Assembly (NCBI GenBank): GCA_024679065.1
Contig: JAGIQG010000009.1
Location: 58,962,001 to 59,026,000 of the forward strand
DNA from: Sphyrna mokarran
Taxonomy: Eukaryota
Length of the DNA: 64,000 bases
Direction: 5' to 3'
The notes beneath the pieces are model-generated. The model was given only the letters and a program-made list of their open reading frames with translations, was not told the DNA's origin and did no database searches. Of this stretch, positions 41,201-52,197 are shown piece after piece. The position numbers were made by a program, and so were the translations under genes. The stretch's first letter is position 1, and each line of letters opens with the position of its first letter.

Positions 41201-44200
41201 GCCATCATTGGAAGTTCTCAAACACAAATCAAACCAATGAAATTCACAGATTTTGCCAATCTTCTGCTGTTTGACTCTTAGCTATCTTTCATTCTTCTGG
41301 TCATGCTATTCAATGAATACAGTCATTCAACAGAAGATTGAAATAATTGATTCCATAAATCTCTTCAATTGGAGCCTCTACAGCCAGTTCAACACGAAGA
41401 ACTAAGCAACTGCAGGTAACAAATGAGCTTAGAAACTCAATCTTAAACAGTGGTGACTTCTTTATTCAAACATCACTGCACATTCTTATCTAAATTTCTT
41501 GCAGCTCTCTCATTGTCCCACAATTTTCAAAGTTTCCAGAAGATCTAAGTCATTATATTGCTTGCAGCTCTATTAATAAAGTTCAGTCAAGCCCAGGAAG
41601 GCAGTGATCAGTTTATATTTTCAAAACATGTCATGCAGATACAAATCAATGTACACAGATTACAGTGGATTGTGTTTCATTAATGAAAATATGTGTTGAT
41701 TCCCTATTATTTTTATTCAGAACACCCTTAGCTATCAAATGTGCACAACTTGCCATGTGTCCCAGGATATTTTGTCAGTTTTCATTCTGAAAATTACTTC
41801 TTTCTCTGATTTTTTTTCTTTTTCTAACAAATATACCTACACATTAGTTTATACTTTTAATGGAGAGATCTTAGCAAACTTTGATATTTTTGCAAACTGA
41901 GCATTCTAGATAGGGACTCTCCAAAGCTTTTGCCTCTTTGAAATATTATATATCTAGTGCTCACTGGTCCTGGAATTGGGGAGCTGAGAACAAACCATAG
42001 ATTCAACAAGACTGCCCAAGGTCAGTCCAGGGTTCACATCTCAATGTTCTGGCGTAACCCGCCTATCACGTTCAGAAATGTGTTTGTCTAGCAATCAAGG
42101 TCACTTTCAATCACAATCAAAATTTTACAGAAGGATGCTTCCAGCAATTGGTTGCTTACTGTAAAATGTTTAGTTTTAACATTTGTAATTTACCCTTTTT
42201 TTTCATTAAACAGGTATGAGAACAAAGTTGTTTGCAGCTGGTTTTCAGGAATCTTAAGTTATACACAGAAGGTAGCAATGCAACAATATCCATTTTAACT
42301 CTGTCACTGCCTAACTTTCATTTAGATTATTTTTTATCAATTCTACTTTGTATTAATTAATCTGAATTAAAGTTTTGAATTACGATTCAATTGCATATTG
42401 TCATATATCTCTCAGCTTCCTAACCACAATCTGGGACAAACAGACCCAAATTATGATAATGTGAAACATATGCCATTATATAAATTGGAATACAAGTTAC
42501 TACACCATGAACTTTCCAATACAAATCCCTCAAGCATGGCTATAAGACAGAAAACATGGTAAAATAATAAAGCTTTTAGTATTCAATTGTGAACTGTGGG
42601 CTGACCCTTTTGAAAAGCCCTGTGTGATCAATAGTTGACCATCTGCTGTGACTTGCTGCTATATTCCAAACTATGGCATCATGTGATCTGTGAGCTCACA
42701 AGTTTCTGTCACACACCAAAGATAATGTGGCCAGCAAGCTAATGTTGGCTGTTGCAGTATACTACTTTGATTCTTCTTACTTTTCAATGAGGATGCCTTG
42801 TTCCCTCTGTGCACCCCTACCTACTTTATAGAAAATGAGTGTTCATAATGTTCAATGTTACTTGATATCCCACCTCTACTCTTGCCTTTCACTGGGTGTG
42901 TTTCACCATTCAGCATGCACTGTGCTAAGATAAACATTGGCAAACATCAGTTTGGATTGCTTCCACCAATTAGTTATCACCACACAGAATATAACACAGA
43001 TCAATCCCTTAATGATTAGTCACAGAACTTATATCAGAGTCCTAGTGTGATCTGTTTCAAATTGCCACAAAAAAAGTCTCTATCTAAACAGCCAGTATTA
43101 CCAATTTCTTTCATTCTCCACATTCTGAAAAATGACCAAGTGGATGTTACTTGTGATATCTTTATAGCTCATTGGAATACCAACACTCACGAGCTCATTT
43201 TTGAAGAATAACCATTTGTGTATAATATCAAAAGGTGACCAAAACAAGTGGAGCCACCGGTATGGGTTTCCATTTAGTCTCATGCCCAAAGATCCTCTTT
43301 AATCTGAGCCAGCCTATTCAACTGAGAGATCATCAATGGTAACAATGATCTTCTCACCTAACATACTGAGAAACTTGCATTCCTCAGTATGTGATACTTC
43401 ATAGGGATTTCAAATATTACACAGAAGCACTGACATAATTTGTATCATCCTAGCCAAGTTCAGCTATCTCAGTGCAGATGAAGAATCAAACCTGAAACTA
43501 CCCTGGCCTGTACAGCCCAGTACCAAAGCAGATAGTGAAACTTCTAATGAAACCGCTAAGCAGCCTTATTTTCAGTTTTTATGAGTTGTATTTCCTCATT
43601 TTTAAAGGTCATTATGTATTGCCTTTAAACTTATTCAAAAGAAGGGGTTTTTTCAGTTCAAATGGAAAAAATTAGACCATAATAGGGTTCCTCGAAGTTT
43701 CCTTTGATCAGTGGCCAATGTAAAGGGCAGTTTCAGGCTCAGGATGCTTCATTAGTTACAGGATGAATGTTTCTTTATCTATTTCCAATTAGATGTATCA
43801 TATTGAAATTAAGAAATTGCTTATTGCAGTTGAGACCGAAATTAGTACCTGAAAGGCCTGAGATCTCCCTCAAAGATGCTCAAAGTCATTCTGCTTTCAG
43901 TTTTTTTTAAGGTCCATGATTCTGAAGATACTCATGATTTGTAATGTGTGCCCTCCTCAGCCAATGCAGTTTGGCTCAAAATCATTCAAATGTGAACACT
44001 GAGATTAAATTTTACCTGAGCTCAATCAGTATTCCTAAAATGCTCTCAGGATTTTATAAAAATAGAAGGCGAGACACAGCAGGAAGTCGTATGAATGGGG
44101 AACATAAGAGGAGCAACAGGGGTTTATACAAAGGATACACTCTGGGAATCTACTGGGATGCAGATGGTAAGCATGTTAGCGGTATATAACATAGTAGAGA

Positions 44201-45719
44201 ATGTATTGGGGGCGGGGAATTTCCATTTCACATTTCTTCGAACTTTAAGGTATGTCCTTAGTCTATGGTCTACTCCTTATTTGCATCCTGTAACCTCTAT
44301 ATCCCACAGTGCATTATTTATACCAGCGCCTTTGCTGCCCCCATAGTGAATTGCGGTGTCACTCCATTCCAGTTGTGCTGAGTCAGGCTGCGGGCAGGGA
44401 AGCTGTGGTATTAATGAGCTGTTACAGGAAGTTCCCTTTTAGCAGGATTGCCTTTGAGGTTACTGAAATCTAATGGTTGACATGACCAAAACAAATAGTA
44501 ACAAATGCACGTTTTAAACAAATACGCATTAAACAAGCCAATGTTTTCAAAAAAAATTAGACAAATTAACGAGTAGCCTTGTAACCTACATGTAACGATG
44601 TGGTTGCAAGTGGGAATCTCATTAAATGCACTATAGTATTATGTAAAAAGCCACATTGGGAGGCCTTACACTTCTATTTTAAAATAAAGCTTAAACTATT
44701 AACACTGAATTTAACCTGTTTCTCATCCCCTCTGTCAAAAAAAAACCTGGCTACTCCGTGTCCTGCCATAGTAATTTTTTATTGAACTAGTCTGTTCCTT
44801 GTGTATGGGACTTTGTATGACAAGCCATTCGATTAGATGGGGCATTTAATTGTCATCTGACACTTTGTAGCAAGAGTGACTGGAAATTGGAAACCTTGAT
44901 TCATTCTTACCCATCCCAAGCCAGAAGTAAGATTCCTGCTGTTCCCTACTGAGAATCAAACCTGGGGTCTCCTTGGTGTGCACTGAGTTTGGGACTTCAC
45001 CAGGTGACACATGTTGCCACTTGCAGTCAGAAGAGCAGACACCCTGCAGACTGCCTGCCTTAGGAACTCACTGTCAACAGATGTACGGTTGCAGAATCCT
45101 GCTTGAATGGACATTATGTACTTTGATGATTTCACAGCACACACCCACACATTTATCATGAAACAACAGTGATTAAACTAGAGGACATGTGTACAGACCC
45201 CGAATTCTGCACGATGAAGGTCATTGTTGTAACACTAACTTCCCAGAAAAGCAAGGAATGCTATGTTGACCAATGAAGTGAGCATGCGGTGCAGCATTTG
45301 TATCCCTGCAGTTTGAATCTCTATTTTTTTTGAGTCACGCTCATTGAGTCAGGCCATAACGATATGCAGGTCATCTCAATATTCTGCCAATATTGTCTTC
45401 AACAATCCCTTTGAAATGATGCAAGAATAAGGCTCCTGATATCATGTTTCCCAATTTCCTTAAGTCACTTCTCGCCTCCAAATGATTCGCCTACACTGGA
45501 TGCCTCGCCGCAACAAGGTCAAGATCTATTCGGAATGGAGGAACTGATATTGTATTTCCCATTCCTCTCTTGGATCGCTTCTTCATGCTGCAGTATGCTC
45601 CTGTTTGGACGAGGTACACATGGGCAATGATATAATAACATTATGTCTAAAAAAACCTCTGCTATCAGGGCTTTCACGACCTCGTCCCAAAGCGGTTCAG
45701 AGCACTGAAATTCGTTACT

Positions 45720-46032
45720 TTTGTGGAAAGTTTAGCAGCCAGCATAATCAAGGACATCACGCAACCTGGATATACTCTCACCTTCTTCTGTCGGAATAAA
45801 GCTACAAAAGTCTTAAGTCAGGTGCCAGCTGACTCAAGAAAAGCTTCTTCCATGCTGCTAGCAAACTTTTGAGTGGACCTACCTCGTATGAAGTTAATCT
45901 TTCTCAACACGGTAACCATGATTGTATTACTACATTCTGCACCCTCTCTTACTGTGTGCTTTGTGGGTATAGCGTGCAAGAAACAATACTTTTCATTGTA
46001 TACTAATATATGTAATAATAATGAATCAAAAC
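45720..46032 (+). mobile_element. Rex1-like LINE 3' end
   Basis: Homologous to ~33420-33720 (gcaagaaacaatacttttcattgtatactaata...aatcaaa); smaller piece at ~54700-54845. Confidence 0.7.
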
Positions 46033-46228
46033 CATCTCCCTAGGTGGTTTATCCAGTCATAGAGCAGATTTGGCATCCAGTCTGTACTGAGCCAGCTGGA
46101 TAGTGGGAGGGACATACAATTAGCTTAATCACTTTGAGGATCAGATAAGGGTCCTGTTGCTGATGGCTATCCAAGCATTCTTGCCTAGATACTAGGTAAG
46201 GATAGAACCCAGTAAAGCTATGTTCTCA

Positions 46229-46441
46229 AACAAAAATAGAAAATGCTGTTTTTGGAGCAGGAATAGAATCAATGTTTTGAGCCTGGATGCTGTGACGAAG
46301 GGTCTTGAGTCTGGAAGCTGTGACCAAGGGTCATCCAGACTCCAAACGTTGACTTTATTCTCTTGTCACAGACTGCCAGATCTGCTGAAATTTTCCAGCA
46401 TTGTTTGTGTTTCAGATTCCAGCATCCGTAGTATTTTGCCT
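46229..46441 (+). mobile_element. Second fold-back family copy with hammerhead-like relic (46316-46354)
   Basis: AGCU-gUGACcA-A-GGGUC aucca GACUC-cAAA-CGUU-GACU; upstream duplicate keeps UGACGAAGGGUC; inverted arm on left. Confidence 0.6.
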
Positions 46442-46512
46442 TTATCACAACTACGTTCTCCCTGTGTACGGCTTCTTAGCCAAAGGTGATTCAAGTCTTT
46501 CCCTTTTCACTT

Positions 46513-46826
46513 TTTTTCATTCAGAGGATGTGGGCATCGCTGAGGGGCAGGGGGAGTGAGAGAGCACTTATTGCCCATCCCTTAGTGAGTGACTATATTA
46601 AGAGTCGACCTGTTGATCTGGAGTCACATGTAAACATGGAGTCTCATTAGTGAACCAGATTGTATTTTATGACCATGGACAATGGTTTCACGGCCATCAT
46701 TAGAAATTTGTTGAATTCAGATTTCAACCTACTGCACCACAATGCATTCACAATTGGATTCAAACCTGGGTCCCCATAGGATTGCCCTAGCTCTCTGAAT
46801 TACTAGCCCACTGCACAACTGCCTCC
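46513..46826 (-). mobile_element. tRNA-derived SINE (family of 18244-18843)
   Basis: Matches 20513-20852 (agagtcgacc..ctggagtcacatgta...attagtgaaccagat...ggattcaaacctggg). Confidence 0.65.
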
Positions 46827-47639
46827 TTCAAGGCATCCTCTCTCTTGTTTAGGGTAAATCCAGCTATGTGCAATCTGATTGGTTTGTTTGATCTTAAATA
46901 TAGCTTCAAACTCACATATAGTCCTGGAACAGGATCAGAATTTTCTACTTCCATAACATCAGCCAGCCATCCATTCTCCCTCCTTCTATCCCTTCTCCTC
47001 CTCCTTCTTCTTCACTACCCCCCCTCTCCACACCAGCCATCCTGTCTCTACTGAAACTCTCAGCAGCTGAAGCCTCAAAGTCTCACAGGCCTTGCAGGTT
47101 TAACCCACCAGCAAATCATTCAAACTTTGTCCAGTCCATTCAATGTCTTTGTAAACTTTGATTGACTCCCCATCCCCAGTGCAGTGATTTTAAACTTGTT
47201 TTCACTGTTTAGTAACAGTACTGTGATCGTCTTCCACTCTGCTCCAAGCTGACAGTTTTCTGAGTGACTGAGAGTCCCCCAGAAGAGACATTGCTCAAAA
47301 TTCTGCACTGGCATTTTTATCCAGACCTTTCTTTCTCATGCACCTTCTCAAAACTCTTGTGAATGCTCGCCGTTTTTAAAGGATTTTATAAATTAAGATT
47401 CTTGTTGAACAATCTCAATATGAAAGAGCAGAGCTATGTAAAAACAACCCCCCTCCACCCAAAGCAGCTAAAGAAGGACTAGGTACCAATGACATTAATA
47501 AACTGGAGGCAGAAATCTCCACCTCAAAGTCTACAGGATTTATAAACATAAGGTGCCCTTGAATTGGTTAGAAACAAGCTCAGCACCACTGAGCAGCAAT
47601 CCCATTGATTATTCAACATTTTTCTCCTCAGCCAAGATT

Positions 47640-48290
47640 CCAAATTCAGACTCGACCCCAAATACTAGCCCCCGCTCTGAACCCAACCCTAATCCCGCCA
47701 CCAGTGCCAGACTCAAGCCCCGATCCCCCAAAACCCGACAACAGCTCTAACCCCAGCTCCGAAGGCAAATCTAAGCTTTGACCATCAACTCCCAGCAACA
47801 GCCCTGACCCCAAACCCAACTCCAGCTCCAATGCCAGACACAAGCCTGACCCCAACCTCAACTCCAGTCCTGACCCCAACCCCAGCCCTGATGCCAGACT
47901 CTAGCCCACATATCTGATCTCTGCCCCAACCCTAACCCCAGCACCAGTCATATTACACCAGCTTCAATTCCTGAACCTAGTACCCATTGCTAAGCCCAAC
48001 ACTGATCCTGGCCCCAATTCCAAGCCCAGACCCCAGCCACAACTCCAGCCCCAACTCTAACCTCAGCCCCAATACCTAATCCCAAACCTGATCCCAGTCC
48101 TGACCCAGGCCCCAGCCCCTACCCCCCATCCTGACCCTAACCCCTGCCCCATCCCTGACCCCAGACCATGACCCCAGATCCAATTCAAGATTTTGACCCA
48201 ATTCTAATTCTCAGCCCAAACCCAGCCCAGGCTCATACCCCCTCTCTTTGACCCCTTTTACCAGCCCAGCCCCTTCACCCATGGCAGCTT
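47640..48290. repeat. Degenerate C-rich hexamer array (CCCCAR/CCCTRA-like)
   Basis: Visible 6-bp periodicity; gives Pro-rich/Gly-Leu-rich spurious ORFs. Confidence 0.8.
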
Positions 48291-48294
48291 TAGT

Positions 48295-49320
48295 ATCCAC
48301 CCCGGTCTCATTGTCCATCCAGGTCTCACTGCCCACCCTGAGCACTGTGTCCACCCCAATTTCACTGTCCATCTCAGTCTCACTGTCCATCCCGATCTCA
48401 CTGTCCATCCAGGTCTCACTGCCCACCCTGAGCACTGTGTCCACCCCAATTTCACTGTCCATCTCCGTCTCACTGTCCATCCCAATCTCACTGTCCATCC
48501 AGGTCTCTGTGTCCATCCCGATTTCACTATCCATCTCAGTCTCACTGTACATCCCGGTCTCACTGTCTAGCCCATTCTCACTGTCCACCCAGTCTTATTG
48601 TCTATCCTGATCTCACTGTCTACACCGGTCTCACTGTCTAGCCCATTCTCACTGTCCACCCAGTCTTATTGTCTACCCTGATCTCACTGTCTACACCGGT
48701 CTCACTGTCTATCCTAGTCTCACTATCCACCAGGATCTCACTGTCCATCCCAGTCTCACTGTCCACCTAGTTTTACTGTCCAGCCCAGTTTCACTGTCCA
48801 TCCAATCTCACTGTCCAGCCTAGTCCCACTGTCCATCCCGGTCTCACTGTTCACCCAGTTTTACTATCCAACCCAGTTTCACTGTCCATCCCAGTTTTAC
48901 TATCCAGCCCAGTCTCACTGTCCATCCCGGTCTCACTGTCCACCCAATTTTACTATCCAGCCCAGTCTCACTGTCCATCCAGGTCTCGCTGTCCATCCGA
49001 TCTCACTGTCCACCCCAATTTCATGTCCATCCAGATCTCACTGTCCACCCCAATCTCACTGTCCATCTTGGTCTCACTGACCGCCCCAGTTTCACTGTCC
49101 ATCCAGGTCTCACTGTCCACCACAGAATCACAGTCCAACCAGGTCTCATTATGTACCCTGTCTCCCTGTCCACCCAAATCTCACTTCCATTCAGGCCTCA
49201 CTGCCCACCCTGGGCTTTCTGTCCACCCCAAACTCCATCTAGGTCTTTCTGTCCACCTTGTTCTCACTGTTCTCAGTGGCTACCCCAGTCTCACTGTTCA
49301 CCCCGGTTTCACTGCCCATC
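48295..49320. repeat. 18-bp minisatellite, consensus ~TCTCACTGTCCATCCCAG, roughly 55 copies
   Basis: Direct reading; higher-order duplications of 90 bp (48315/48405) and 71 bp (48554/48625). Confidence 0.95.
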
Positions 49321-49429
49321 CTGGGCTGGTTTGGTAGTGGGAGGGAATCTCTGCTCTGGTGGATCTGAAGTCACTTCATTTCTGTCTGGCACATCACCTT
49401 CTTCTTGTCATCACACTCTCATCGCCACA

Positions 49430-49780
49430 GGCTCCAACCTTCTTCCTTCATCCCATTTTGTCTCTTGGCTTTTTGCTTTTCTTTTCTGTCCCTCCTTCTC
49501 TATTCTTTCACTGGATTTTTTTAAATTTTATCTAGTTTCTCTCTATTTCTTTCACTCCCTTCTTTTCTCTCCCATCCCTCCGATCTTTCACCCACCCCCC
49601 TTCTTGTTTTCATCCTCTTTTCTGCTCTCACTCTCAGGATCTTTTCCATCACCGTTCTTTCTTTATCTCTCCATCTTTTTCTCACCCACTCGCTTCATTT
49701 ATCCACCTTTGTCCCACCCATTCTCTCTCCGTCGTCTCCCTGTCTGTTCCTTCCCTTTTTATCTCTGTTGGGTTTATCCA
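49430..49780. repeat. Polypyrimidine (CT-rich) low-complexity tract
   Basis: Plus strand overwhelmingly C/T. Confidence 0.85.
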
Positions 49781-50150
49781 TGCTCCAGCTGCTTGTTATT
49801 ATATTTGTTCCCAACACTGGGAAGTTGTGGCAAGGAAAAAGTTTTCTGTTATATTTTTGCAGTTCTTCTCTTTAGCCTGTTTGTAAGATGTTAGGTCCCA
49901 AACATTTGAATCTACATATTTTACGCAAGATTTATTTACAGTCAGCAAATGAAATGTTTTTGAAGAGCTCCCAATGCAAAAAAAATTAAAAATTGAACTT
50001 AAAGCCTTGCAGAGTGCTGCATGTGTCTCTCTGCAAAGGGAGAGTGAGGAAAGTGGAACAATAAAGCGGTACATACATTGTGTAAATTACATTGCGATAA
50101 AGAATATGTTCGACCAGGAGCTTGAGAAATGCATTTGAAGTGTGAGCGAC

Positions 50151-50166
50151 GCGCCATCTGGTGGCA
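50151..50166 (-). promoter_or_regulatory. CTCF-binding motif
   Basis: Minus strand TGCCACCAGATGGCGC matches the CTCF core CCACYAGRKGGCRS; local CpG retention in otherwise CpG-depleted DNA. Confidence 0.7.
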
Positions 50167-51727
50167 GTTGTAAACGGCACGTCCGGAAAAGACATCACTT
50201 AATCTGCAGCAAATAATACTGCAGATAAAATCTGCAGTTAATGCTATGGCTCTTATCAAATTATCGCGTTGTGAATATTTTGTTGTTGCTGTTCTAGGGG
50301 AGAAACACAATTAATGCTACAGATTTGAACTATCTGCCAACAAGCTGCCCTTCAGTTTATAGATGGGAACAATACGGAGGCACTACTAAGTATTAGCACT
50401 GTTGTGTGCACAATCTGCAGTTATGTTCTAGGAATGAGCAGAGGTTATGATTTAGGAACTCTACATTTAATAATATAGGAATAACTAATGATGCAATGCT
50501 GTAAAAATCTGCAGTCATTGTTTTTGGTACAATGTTGAGTTAAACTATGGGACTGATCATCAGCATTATTCCAGGAAATCTGCAGCCATTGCTGTAGGTA
50601 CAATCTGCTTCCAACAGTGTTTTTCTTTTATATACAGACAAAACAATCTAATTGTTCTGAAAATAAATCTTATAATGACAGACTATATTTAGGTTAACAA
50701 CTAGTTACAGGAAGCAGCCTCAAATTACAAATTGTACATTTTCATGTTTTGGCATGTATTTCTTTCTTGAAGGTGTGTTTTGTAGAATGCAATTCCAGTT
50801 TATACCTGCTGAATTCAGATAAGGAAGCTTGTTTCGGCAACAATGGAATGAAAGGACTGTAAGATAGTCTGAATCATTCACAAGGATAATAAGAACCCTT
50901 GGAGGGTTTGTCTGCAAAAAAGGATTTGATCTGGGAAAACCTGTGGTCAGATAAAAGATTTTCCTTCTTCAAATACCCTCTTATTTTTACCCTTTCGTTT
51001 CAGAAGCTGGAAGCTCATCCTGTCATACTGTTCTGTCATGCCAGAAACAATTTCTTCATGTTTGTGCAGAAGTGTGATTTCCAAAAGATTTTTTTCCCCC
51101 TCTCCCTAGCTTAAGCCTACAGTGGATGCCAGTTGTAGACCTCACTACTGCTGCTGCTCCAGCTAAGATCAGCCAACTCAGCAAAAACCACGGATTGGAT
51201 CAAGGACTGTCATGATCTATATGATTTATTACCAGACCGGACAATGATTTAATTGTGTGAGCTATTGAGAAACCATTTGTTTTTTGTAAAAATGTTTAAA
51301 GTACACAATTGTATTTCTGATTTCCATAGTACAGTGACTGTACTAAAAGAAAATTTAGAACTCTCCTGGGTTACCTATTGCTTGATTTGATAAATCTTTT
51401 CCATTCACAGAGTTCAATCAATTCTAGAGACCTGAAGCTAGAAACCACTTAAATCCAATTCCATCTTATTACAAATATAATGCAAGTGTTTTGGAAATCT
51501 CTGCATTTTGTTTTGTGTATAATGTTTGATAATGTCTATGGCTGTGACATGATCATTTCAGTGCACCTTATAACGCTACTGTTTAAATACTGCACAATGG
51601 TTTCATGCAGAAAGCCATCATGAAGTCAGACAGACCAAGATTCATATGTTGTTCTGTACTAAGTTATTTGTTCTCAGTTAGAGCAGTGAAAAGGCAATTA
51701 TATCTGGTCTCGCCACCTTTTGGAGAG

Positions 51728-52197
51728 GGTGTAACAAAGGTTTACTAGATTGATTACTGAGATGAGAATGCTGAGGAAAGACTGAGTATAATGGGCCTGT
51801 GTTTGCTGGAGTTTGGCAGAATAAGAGGTGATCCCATTGAAACATATAAAATTTAGAGGGCTTGACAGGGTAAGCTGCCTAGAGGCTGTTTCCCGTGGCT
51901 GGGGAATTTAGCACTAAGGGCCATAACCTCATGGCAAAGGGGTCAGACAATTAGGACTGACATGGGAGAAATTTCATTTTCAGAGGATTGAGAATCTTTG
52001 GAATTCTCTACACCAGATGGCTTTGGATGACCAATTTGTTTTTAGTATATTTCAGACTGAGATCAACAAATTATAATCACAAAGGAAATGGGGATAGGGT
52101 GGGAAAGTGGAATTAACATTGATGTTCAGCCATTGATGATAGTATGGCAGAACAGACTTGAAAGGCTGAATGGCATTCTCCTATTCCCATTTTTTAT
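51728..52197 (+). mobile_element. CR1-like LINE 3' fragment
   Basis: Homologous to 26770-27230 (ggtttactagattgatt...gagtttggcagaataagaggtgat...aatctttggaattctct...3'UTR). Confidence 0.75.

Noticed and set aside
47640-48290. Interstitial telomere / chromosome-fusion relic
   Set aside because: Only a few exact CCCTAA hexamers and no inverted TTAGGG array; generic C-rich simple repeat is more parsimonious.
48295-49320. CRISPR-like array
   Set aside because: Head-to-tail tandem units with no unique spacers; eukaryotic context, no cas genes.
48211-49894. Repetitive ORFs (MDSETEMDSEIG..., PISLSI..., Phe/Leu/Ser-rich 247 aa)
   Set aside because: Translations of the 18-bp minisatellite and CT tract; frame breaks at 17-bp units; no splice context.
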